This document shows, piece by piece, positions 9,264-16,110 of a stretch of 30,553 nucleotides of DNA; position 1 is the first letter of the stretch, and each line of letters starts with the position of its first letter. A program made the translations under genes and the position numbers. Source of the stretch: Clostridia bacterium (GTDB lineage Bacteria > Bacillota > Clostridia > Christensenellales > Borkfalkiaceae). The notes under the pieces were generated by a model. That model saw nothing but the letters and a program-made list of their open reading frames with translations, was not told the origin of the DNA and searched no databases. The stretch is from the NCBI GenBank assembly GCA_017503885.1, contig JAFVSF010000204.1:1-30553 (forward strand), in the 5' to 3' direction.

Positions 9264-9697
9264 TTGTTATTTATTGCCTCCAATTTTTTAGTAGTTGTAA
9301 ATATAAAACCTACATGCTTAAATGCTTGAGCCTCCTGTGGTAAGAGTAGCTCTATTTGCTTATAAAACCTCTTAAATGTCAATTCGTCTACGCCTGTGGA
9401 AATCATAGTTGCTATACAAACGTATTTCATAGGCAACATTATTTTTTCCACCATTATTAACAAAATAAACATTAATAAGGACAATATAAATGCAGATGGC
9501 ATTTTCCATTTTTCTGCAAATTTATCCTTAAACAAAAGAAGTACTATAAACAACGAAAACATACCTGCTGCAGAAATTGCTGTGTCGGAACGATGAACGA
9601 AAAAATCTCCGCAACAAGCAAGAGTAACTATAGGAGTACCTATAGTCAAAGTTGTAGATACTCCTTTACATGTATTGTACTTCGCTACCTGTTTCAT
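9260..9697 (-). CDS. Membrane protein with ~3-4 TM segments (holin-like candidate), 145 aa
   Basis: Hydrophobic segments AISAAGMFSLFIVLLLF and AFILSLLMFILLIMV, with a basic C-terminus. It is ATGA-coupled to the next gene. Confidence 0.6.
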   Translation of the reverse strand: MKQVAKYNTCKGVSTTLTIGTPIVTLACCGDFFVHRSDTAISAAGMFSLFIVLLLFKDKFAEKWKMPSAFILSLLMFILLIMVEKIMLPMKYVCIATMISTGVDELTFKRFYKQIELLLPQEAQAFKHVGFIFTTTKKLEAINNK

Positions 9698-9698
9698 A

Positions 9699-10277
9699 TT
9701 AGTACCTCGGAATTGAACTCTTATTATTGTTAGTCACTTTTCTCACTTTTACTGCAGTATCTTCTACTACATCTTTAATGACTTCAATTTTTTCGTTCAC
9801 TTTTTTCCTAAGAATTTCAACTTCTGCTTCAAGAGATGCTCTCGTCGCAGTTTCAGCATATTTAGCATCCATTAAAATACCGTTCACATTTTTTCTAATG
9901 GTTTCGTCCTTAATCGTAGAATATACTAACGATTGAACCTCTAATACTGCGTTCATTTTTTGAACAATCACATCTAATGCATCATAAGTTTCCTTCTTAA
10001 ATTCCTCGAAGTCAGTTTGAACAGTTAAAAGTTGGTCATTTGTAGCTGCACTATTGTCACGGATACTAACTACGTCGCTTGCAATAGAAACTGCATTGTC
10101 CAAAGAAGATTTAAGTCCTTTGTTAGTTTCATTGTTAGCTTTGTTAGACTTTAATTGTTTTACCAACATAACTATAGTTGTCATAAATGCAACGAAGTTA
10201 CTTGAAGTGAAAAACAATACTATTTCGTCTTTGTTCAAAACAAACCAATTCCAGATATTTTGAAAAAACTCTACCAT
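9699..10277 (-). CDS. Membrane-anchored coiled-coil protein, 192 aa
   Basis: GGAGG RBS. An N-terminal hydrophobic helix (IVLFFTSSNFVAFMTTIVMLV) is followed by a long heptad-rich region. Confidence 0.65.
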   Translation of the reverse strand: MVEFFQNIWNWFVLNKDEIVLFFTSSNFVAFMTTIVMLVKQLKSNKANNETNKGLKSSLDNAVSIASDVVSIRDNSAATNDQLLTVQTDFEEFKKETYDALDVIVQKMNAVLEVQSLVYSTIKDETIRKNVNGILMDAKYAETATRASLEAEVEILRKKVNEKIEVIKDVVEDTAVKVRKVTNNNKSSIPRY

Positions 10278-10504
10278 GTTATCTCCTCCCTGCTTAATTT
10301 TTTATCAAGCCATTCCGGTTTAGTCGGAATAACTTTTGTTTCAGTTACGTTTAACCAGGCAAAATACCAATCGTTTAATTCCGAAATTTGTTCTGCTGTT
10401 AAACAATCATACCAAAGTTTGCCCCTATTTACAATAGGAAAGCATTCCTTTGTTCGAAGCTCTCTTAAAGTATTTAACTCGTTTTTAGTATCCACTGTAA
10501 TCAT
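10271..10504 (-). CDS. Tail-fibre assembly chaperone-like small protein, 77 aa
   Basis: The pattern LR..R..ECF....RG.LWY..L...Q..EL..WY.AWL.VT....IP.KP.WL resembles phage tail-assembly-chaperone families that end in P..P.W. Confidence 0.5.
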   Translation of the reverse strand: MITVDTKNELNTLRELRTKECFPIVNRGKLWYDCLTAEQISELNDWYFAWLNVTETKVIPTKPEWLDKKLSREEITW

Positions 10505-10510
10505 AATTTA

Positions 10511-10798
10511 CTACTCCATTTCAAATATTTCTTTTACTTTTCTACGGAGTGACATTATTTCCGAATTATCGTGAATATGATAACCTCTTTCCGATAGCAA
10601 TTCAAAAATAGTTTCTGCATGTTCATATTCTTGATTTGCAATATGCTCGATTTCCTCGGCATCTTCGTGCATTCCGTGAGATTTTAAGGACTCATAAAGC
10701 AAATTATAACTAATAACGTCATTAAGCTCTTCTTTTGCTTTTGAAATTAAATAGTTTAAGCACTCTTCGTTAGTATACAATTTGTCAATTTTTTCCAT
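10511..10798 (-). CDS. Half-ferritin (two-helix ferritin-like) protein, 95 aa
   Basis: Helix 1 is KAKEELNDVISY (EExxDxxxY) and helix 2 is IANQEYEHAETI (ExxH). This is one half of a ferritin-like di-metal site. Confidence 0.65.
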   Translation of the reverse strand: MEKIDKLYTNEECLNYLISKAKEELNDVISYNLLYESLKSHGMHEDAEEIEHIANQEYEHAETIFELLSERGYHIHDNSEIMSLRRKVKEIFEME

Positions 10799-10809
10799 AA
10801 TTATTTACC

Positions 10810-11151
10810 TCACATAATGTATCGCTTAATTGTTTGAATATCAGCTGCAGAGAAATGCATATCAAACGTGCTAGTGAATACTTTAAACGACAATGTAAAT
10901 TCGTTAGAACCCATGCCGTCCGTAAGTATTTTACAAAGTGCATCTACGTCTACGTTATCTTCTTTGTCAATAATATCAAACATAGATATGATTGAGTTGT
11001 TTTTAATCGCTTCAAATACTTTATCCGATTTATGATTTATTGCAGCTTTAGCAATTCCCAAAATTATTTTGTAATTACCTTCTGCTTTAGGCAACATATC
11101 ATTGTCAATAAATCTATAAATTGCTTTAATAAGTTGTTCTTTGTTTGCCAT
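10810..11151 (-). CDS. Hypothetical protein, 113 aa (middle gene of the accessory cassette)
   Basis: GGAGGT RBS and an intact alpha/beta ORF. It resembles a protein I recall next to the flanking genes in gut Firmicute phages; this is unverified. Confidence 0.7.
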   Translation of the reverse strand: MANKEQLIKAIYRFIDNDMLPKAEGNYKIILGIAKAAINHKSDKVFEAIKNNSIISMFDIIDKEDNVDVDALCKILTDGMGSNEFTLSFKVFTSTFDMHFSAADIQTIKRYIM

Positions 11152-11171
11152 ATTTTACCTCCTGATTTTAA

Positions 11172-11195
11172 TTAGGCGAGATTTCTCCCGCCTAA
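11172..11195 (-). promoter_or_regulatory. GAAA-tetraloop RNA hairpin inside the accessory cassette
   Basis: The minus strand reads TTAGGCGGGA-GAAA-TCTCGCCTAA, a 10-bp stem with one G-U pair. That pair is a mismatch on the other strand, which supports the minus-strand transcript. There is no strong U tract. Confidence 0.6.
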
Positions 11196-11202
11196 CCGTT
11201 AC

Positions 11203-11772
11203 TTAGTTACAACATCTGCCGCAATTAGGCAAAGGATTGTAAACGTTTTGTGCCGTAGTAGTGGCACCAGTGGTAATGTCTGCAACCATCTTAGGATAGA
11301 AAGTAGCATTCATATAAGTTACAATAGAGTTGTCTGCACAACAACGGTCGTCACGTTCTCTGTTAAGAGCCGCCATAAACTCGTTCTTGCAGCAAGCAAG
11401 TCTTTCACCTACAAGTTCGAATGCGTCCATCGTCTTTTGGTTTTGAACAGCTTGATTAGCAATAGACTGGTGGATGTTTTCAATTTTTCCATTAAAATAT
11501 GCAACAACATCACTAAGTTTTTGGTCTACATAAACTTGCGAATCGCGAAGAGAGAGTTGCTGTTTAAGAGAACCGTTTTCTTGAACGAGTCCCATTTCAT
11601 AACGATTTACGGGTTGATTTTCGTGACAAACGTTATTGTTGCCAAATAAACCGCCGAAAAGTCCGTTACCTTGAGAGAGAACTCCTGCGAGTGCTGCGCC
11701 GCCAAGTGCTGTGCCAGTAGCTGCTAAACCGGTAGTACCTCTACCTGCATAATTTCTTTCTTCCATTCTCAT
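11203..11772 (-). CDS. Gly-zipper / coiled-coil / Cys-rich protein, 189 aa (first gene of the accessory cassette)
   Basis: GGAGG RBS. N-terminal GTTGLAATGTALGGAALAGVL, a central coiled coil, CC pairs (ACCK, RCCAD) and C-terminal NCGRCCN. Confidence 0.75.
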   Translation of the reverse strand: MRMEERNYAGRGTTGLAATGTALGGAALAGVLSQGNGLFGGLFGNNNVCHENQPVNRYEMGLVQENGSLKQQLSLRDSQVYVDQKLSDVVAYFNGKIENIHQSIANQAVQNQKTMDAFELVGERLACCKNEFMAALNRERDDRCCADNSIVTYMNATFYPKMVADITTGATTTAQNVYNPLPNCGRCCN

Positions 11773-11831
11773 TGTTTTAATCCTCCAATAAAATTTTTAA
11801 TAGTTTGGAAAAAGTATTATAAAAACCTAAA

Positions 11832-11882
11832 CTAGCCCAAGGGAACCACCTCCTTATTAAAAACATTTATTGTTATAACAAT
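11832..11882 (-). promoter_or_regulatory. Cassette leader: 14-bp palindrome with an extended -10, then a strong SD and a TTG-GGC-TAG mini-ORF
   Basis: The palindrome attgttataacaat (11869-11882) contains TGTTATAAC. AAGGAGGTG lies at 11855-11847, followed by a 6-nt spacer and TTG GGC TAG at 11840-11832. Confidence 0.45.
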
Positions 11883-11883
11883 T

Positions 11884-12249
11884 TTATTTTGAAAACCAAT
11901 ATTGTTTTGCAAATGACTTACAATCATTTACGTATGAAAGATACGTTAAGTATTCTTCGTCATACTGATTAGCCGAACCTTTTCTCATAAGAGCAAACTC
12001 ATCGCCATAACTGTATTTAAGACTTACAAATGCCGATGCAAGTTCTTCATAACTTTTAATTTTGTGAACTTCCAACGTCAAATTGTACTCATAAACTTTT
12101 TCTACAAGTTCTTCGCCATTTACGTCATTTACTCGTTCAACTTCTACAATGTTTTCACAAAGAGAGAGTTCTAACTCTCCGTTTGGAAGCTCGTTAATTA
12201 AAAACTTCTCAGGCTGTACAGTTGATTGGGTTTTTGTTCCTACTTTCAT
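11884..12249 (-). CDS. Hypothetical tail-associated/chaperone-like protein, 121 aa (not Avd-like)
   Basis: AAAGGAG RBS; overlaps the RT 3' end by 41 nt. It has an acidic beta-rich N-half and a KYSYGDEFALMR...Y..Y...CK..AK C-terminal pattern seen in small fibre-associated proteins. Confidence 0.6.
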   Translation of the reverse strand: MKVGTKTQSTVQPEKFLINELPNGELELSLCENIVEVERVNDVNGEELVEKVYEYNLTLEVHKIKSYEELASAFVSLKYSYGDEFALMRKGSANQYDEEYLTYLSYVNDCKSFAKQYWFSK

Positions 12250-13309
12250 TTCTTATAATCTCCTTTAATTTATTTAAGTTTATTTTACCGTCAATGTACT
12301 TATTAGTTACACCGACGCTATTTGTATGTTGAATATATCCGTTATAAGAATAAAATGCATGTGCTCGTTTGCTAGTATACTTTCCATTAACTAATTTTCT
12401 ATAAAGTCTTAGCATTCTTAAAAATATACTTTTACGAACAATTATTTTATACCTATAAAACTTATATCCTACGAAATCAGTAAATCGCTGATTAGTGATT
12501 TTGCCTTTCTTATTGTCATACGGCATCCTATAAACTTGCCAGTTAGGTTTATAAAACAAGGAGAGAGGTTTCAAATATTCTTCCGAAAGAGTTTTAACTT
12601 TATGAAGTAAACGTTTATTTCCGCCATACATTACTACATCATCCATATATCTTGCCATGTACTTAACTTTCAATGTTTCTTTTACATATCTATCATATCC
12701 GGTTAAATAAAAGTTTGCAAGATGTGCAGAAGTATAATAACCAAGTGGAAGTCCATCACCTTTGTATGCATAAATTACTTTTGATAGCAAATCTACGATA
12801 CGCTTATCCTTAAACTTATTATGCAACATAGATATTAAAGTTTCTTTATTTATATGTTTGTAAAAGCCTTTAATATCTACTTGCAAACAGTACTTAGTAT
12901 TTTTAGTATCTTTTAGAAAGTGTTGAACGGAATACTTAGCATAGTGTGTACCTCTACCTTTAATAGAGGCACAACTATACTTGTAAAAAGACTTTTCTAA
13001 CAAAGGAGCTATTTGAAGCATTATAGCCCAATGAGTACATTGCTCAGGATAATATCTTGGCTTGCAAAGAGTTCTTAACTTTCTGCTCACTCCTTCTATT
13101 ACTGTATCTACATTGCCTTGTTCTAACTCTTTTGTTCCGTCTAATACTTCCTTTATAAACTTGCTTAAGTCTTCTGCATATTTATCGACGTCCGTCAATA
13201 CACGTTTAACGTCACGTCTATGTTGTTTTCTTTTAGAAGCTTTAAGTATAGCTTTCTTACAGTTCTCGATGCTTGTTATTTCTTCATGCTTTATTTTGTA
13301 TCGTTTCAT
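12209..13309 (-). CDS. DGR reverse transcriptase, ~366 aa
   Basis: RT motifs: KLRTLCKPRYYPEQCTHWAI, SCASIKGRGTH, YCLQVDIKGFYKHI, GLPLGYYTSAHLANFYL, catalytic RYMDD and DFVGY. It is adjacent to the TR. The likely start is ATG 13309, because the track's TTG start at 13354 lies in the structured spacer. Confidence 0.95.
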   Translation of the reverse strand: MKRYKIKHEEITSIENCKKAILKASKRKQHRRDVKRVLTDVDKYAEDLSKFIKEVLDGTKELEQGNVDTVIEGVSRKLRTLCKPRYYPEQCTHWAIMLQIAPLLEKSFYKYSCASIKGRGTHYAKYSVQHFLKDTKNTKYCLQVDIKGFYKHINKETLISMLHNKFKDKRIVDLLSKVIYAYKGDGLPLGYYTSAHLANFYLTGYDRYVKETLKVKYMARYMDDVVMYGGNKRLLHKVKTLSEEYLKPLSLFYKPNWQVYRMPYDNKKGKITNQRFTDFVGYKFYRYKIIVRKSIFLRMLRLYRKLVNGKYTSKRAHAFYSYNGYIQHTNSVGVTNKYIDGKINLNKLKEIIRNESRNKNPINCTA

Positions 13310-13339
13310 ATCAAAGTAGTCTGTATCTTTCTCTTTTGC

Positions 13340-13437
13340 CACACGCGCTTTCAATTTTTAATTTACTAACACGCCTTTGAATTCGGCAATATTTTCAGCA
13401 AGGGCTGAGGTTAAATGTATGCTAATTTTTCATTACA
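13340..13437 (-). ncRNA. DGR spacer (TR-RT) structured RNA segment
   Basis: The noncoding segment between TR and RT contains the hairpin TCAGC-CCTT-GCTGA (13408-13395) and a GCGTG-TTAGTA-[AATT AAA AATT]-GAAA-GCGCGT element. In BPP-1 the spacer 3' of TR is known to provide the priming structure. Confidence 0.55.
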
Positions 13438-13540
13438 GAGAATTACGGGCACCGTTGTTCCAGTTAGAATTACCAACGTCATTGTTCAAATTCCAATACC
13501 AAAGGCCATCATTATCGCCATTGTTCAAGTTGCCACCGAT
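13438..13540 (-). repeat. DGR template repeat (TR), 103 bp
   Basis: Aligns ungapped to the VR at 13631-13733 with 16 mismatches, all at TR adenines. It contains 29 A and 12 AAY codons in the VR reading frame. Confidence 0.97.
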
Positions 13541-13568
13541 GCATACAAGTCCCTAATTATTCAAACTG

Positions 13569-13609
13569 TAAGTCGACTTATAAGATACAGTAGGGGGAGG
13601 GCCCCCTAC
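13569..13609. promoter_or_regulatory. DGR retrohoming hairpin/cruciform (GC-rich 8-bp stem) plus an adjacent 12-bp palindrome
   Basis: gtaggggg-aggg-ccccctac at 13590-13609 lies 7 nt past the target stop codon. The palindrome taagtcgactta is at 13569-13580. Confidence 0.8.
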
Positions 13610-13616
13610 AACCCCC

Positions 13617-15035
13617 CTACAAAGACCTGTGAGAAAGACGGGCACCGCGGTTCCAGGAAGAATTACCAACGCCAAGGTCCAAATCCCAATACCAAAGGCC
13701 ATCAGTATCGCCATAGTTCAAGCGGCCACCGAAATAAGCCGTCCTAGCCCCTGCAGAAATGTAGAAGTAATCACAATAGTAAGTACTTGACGAGCCGCCA
13801 ACTTCAATAGGAAGAATAGCATCGTGATTTTCAGCATCAAAGCCTACTTCTTTTACGTAAGAATTCGTTTCTGCAAGTTTGTAAGAACAACGAATAAAGT
13901 TGCTGTTAGTTTCAGGACTAGTTGTATCCGTCCAATTCTCAAGGTTTTGACAAACATAAGGAACATAGTCCTTAATAGTTAAGTCTAAAATTTGTTTCCA
14001 AATATTTCCGTAAATGTTTTCAATCGTAAATACTTTAAACGAAGATTTACCTGCATTAGATGCAGAACCGGATGTTGCGACGATGCTGTCGGTATCACCA
14101 GTAAAGTTAGGTCTAACTGCAAGAGACGTAACAGAAACCGTAGGAGTTCTATCAAGTTCTACATAGAAACCTGCTCCATCGGTACCGGTAGATACAATTT
14201 TATAGTATTGTGCATTATCAGTAGAACCGTTTGCACAAACACAATACCCTGCTGCAAATGCGATTTGCTCACTCGCAAAATAGCATTTAGTTCCTGAAAC
14301 ACTCGATACGTTAATTGCATCTGTTTTATGACTGACAACACCGTTATAAATAGATTGAGAGTTTTTAGTAGCAGTCATAATAGTGAATAGCGGCTGTAAA
14401 ACCTCAGTAATTTCACTCATAGTGCTAATCAAATAGTATTCGCTAGTCGTATTTTCCAACGTATTATTCCAAGCTTTAGCATTGTTAAAGAATGCAGTTC
14501 TCGTTTTATTATGCGAAGGAATTTGTCCAGATTTAGATGCAAGGTATGAAGTACCGTCCATTGTTTCGTCAGAGCCTTCATAGCATCCGATGTCAACGTA
14601 ATTCCAATACGGTTGACCATTTCTATAAAATGCTTTAGGCAAATTGTAAAAAGAATAAAGTTTCTTTCTACATACCCAAATGTATTCGTAAGTTCCAAGC
14701 GTTTGTCTTGCTACATAAAAACGTTTGAACCTAGCAAATACGTTTCCGTGAACGTCGGTGAATTTTTGAGGGCTAAACAAATCAATATAGTCAAACGGGT
14801 TATCGTGAACTTCGCCAACGTTTGCCGTATAAGAAATGTCCCACGTAGAAATAGCACCTTTATAACGAGTTACTCGTTCACAGGCAGGAGAACTTGCTCC
14901 TTTTGTCCATCTAACGCCGTATTCAATATCGCTTTCAACTTTTCCACCTTGCGCATCAAGTAAAGATAACAAAGTTCCGTTAAGTTCGTCCATTTGGCTG
15001 TTAAATGAGTCGTCAGTTACTACTTTATAAGACAT
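13617..15035 (-). CDS. DGR target: receptor-binding/tail-fibre protein with a C-type-lectin (Mtd/FGE-like) C-terminal domain, 472 aa
   Basis: Contains IENIYGNIWKQI and ends GG......G...GLWYW.L......S.WN.GARLS, the typical CLec-fold DGR target signature. It contains the VR and has a GGAGGT RBS. Confidence 0.9.
   Translation of the reverse strand: MSYKVVTDDSFNSQMDELNGTLLSLLDAQGGKVESDIEYGVRWTKGASSPACERVTRYKGAISTWDISYTANVGEVHDNPFDYIDLFSPQKFTDVHGNVFARFKRFYVARQTLGTYEYIWVCRKKLYSFYNLPKAFYRNGQPYWNYVDIGCYEGSDETMDGTSYLASKSGQIPSHNKTRTAFFNNAKAWNNTLENTTSEYYLISTMSEITEVLQPLFTIMTATKNSQSIYNGVVSHKTDAINVSSVSGTKCYFASEQIAFAAGYCVCANGSTDNAQYYKIVSTGTDGAGFYVELDRTPTVSVTSLAVRPNFTGDTDSIVATSGSASNAGKSSFKVFTIENIYGNIWKQILDLTIKDYVPYVCQNLENWTDTTSPETNSNFIRCSYKLAETNSYVKEVGFDAENHDAILPIEVGGSSSTYYCDYFYISAGARTAYFGGRLNYGDTDGLWYWDLDLGVGNSSWNRGARLSHRSL
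13631..13733 (-). repeat. DGR variable repeat (VR) at the 3' end of the target gene
   Basis: Encodes FGGRLNYGDTDGLWYWDLDLGVGNSSWNRGARLS, whereas the TR encodes IGGNLNNGDNDGLWYWNLNNDVGNSNWNNGARNS. Confidence 0.97.
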
Positions 15036-15046
15036 ATTTTACCTCC

Positions 15047-15595
15047 TTAGTCTTTTCCATAAATATATCCGTCCGCTCCTACGAAGAACGGTACGTTGTC
15101 AATGTTTTGTTGAAGTTCCTCGTCTTTTGCCTGCCTCGTTTGAGCTTCTGCAGTAATTCTTCCGGAAAGAGCAGCATCTTGTGAACTTCTCGTTTGAGCT
15201 TCTGCAGTGACTAAACCTTTAATCTCGTTATCTGCAGCTTGTCTTGCTTGAGTTTCAGCATTTAACTGAGCCGTAGTTGCAAGACCATCAATAACTTGTT
15301 CAATAGGAATTACTACCTTATTTCCGTTCTTTAACGTAAGTACGATAGATTTGTTATTTACGTCATACGTTCCGTTAACTACTACACTTTCTAACGGTAA
15401 ATCTATAGCATAACTGCTTAAAACTGTTCCGTCTAAAGCTTTTAATGTAAACGTATATTTGTATTCCTCTTCATTAGTTATTATATCTAATTCTTTAGCT
15501 AAATTATGACCTAAATGTGAAATCATTGTCTTGACTAACGAATTTAATTCGCTAAATTTTGACAAAAATTGCTCATCTGTAACTACTTTTAACAT
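15047..15595 (-). CDS. Tail-fibre stalk-like protein, 182 aa
   Basis: Three repeats of an AE.Q.R...D..(L/I) coiled-coil unit (AETQARQAADNEI, AEAQTRSSQDAAL, AEAQTRQAKDEEL) and a C-terminal FFVGADGYIY. Confidence 0.6.
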   Translation of the reverse strand: MLKVVTDEQFLSKFSELNSLVKTMISHLGHNLAKELDIITNEEEYKYTFTLKALDGTVLSSYAIDLPLESVVVNGTYDVNNKSIVLTLKNGNKVVIPIEQVIDGLATTAQLNAETQARQAADNEIKGLVTAEAQTRSSQDAALSGRITAEAQTRQAKDEELQQNIDNVPFFVGADGYIYGKD

Positions 15596-16110
15596 TAGTC
15601 ATTACCTCCTACTTCATTTATATATACATAACCATGTTCGTCTTTTGTCAAGTAAACTTCGGTACGTTTTTGCAACGTTTGAGAAATAGGTGTAACAATC
15701 CTGTTTACTTTCGATAAGTTAACTGCAGAATGTTCATTTCCACTGTCGTCAGGAACTAATATTCCTCCGTCTTCCAATCTTTTAACTATGTTGTCAGGCG
15801 TTGCATTAGTAGATACTGCAATTTCTTCTTGAACATCTCCAGTGTGTGAATATACATGTTCTCCTGCCGTAGTCAATTTATCCAGTTTACGACTGTCCAA
15901 CGGTTGAACTTTCACATCAATTAAATCGTTAACATACTTGTCGTTAACTGATGCTACGCCTGCAACCACGTTAATAGAATTAGCATCAAACGATGCAATA
16001 CCTTTAGTCGTATTAGTCGCAACAGGAACATATACGTAAATCTCTTCGTCCGATACTACTTTAGGTACTTCCGGAACAACTATAACTTCTATAACATTTT
16101 GTTCACTCAT
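15595..16110 (-). CDS. Tail-fibre segment-like protein, 171 aa
   Basis: Contains ATNTTKGIASF and NATPDNIVKR...G.I.V....SAVN fibre-type repeats. It is TAATG-coupled on both sides. Confidence 0.5.
   Translation of the reverse strand: MSEQNVIEVIVVPEVPKVVSDEEIYVYVPVATNTTKGIASFDANSINVVAGVASVNDKYVNDLIDVKVQPLDSRKLDKLTTAGEHVYSHTGDVQEEIAVSTNATPDNIVKRLEDGGILVPDDSGNEHSAVNLSKVNRIVTPISQTLQKRTEVYLTKDEHGYVYINEVGGND

Noticed and set aside
11884-12249. 121-aa gene after the RT considered as Avd
   Set aside because: It is acidic with a beta-rich N-half and lies downstream of the RT, whereas Avd is a basic four-helix bundle usually found upstream of the TR.
13415-13747. 110-aa plus-strand ORF spanning TR and VR
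   Set aside because: It is antisense to the DGR, has no RBS, and crosses the hairpin.
5634-15610. Other AGGTAA hits, for example near 5640, 10805, 11156, 15040 and 15603
   Set aside because: These are GGAGGT/GAGGT Shine-Dalgarno sequences a few nt before start codons and lack TATAAT at N18, so they are not counted as promoter copies.
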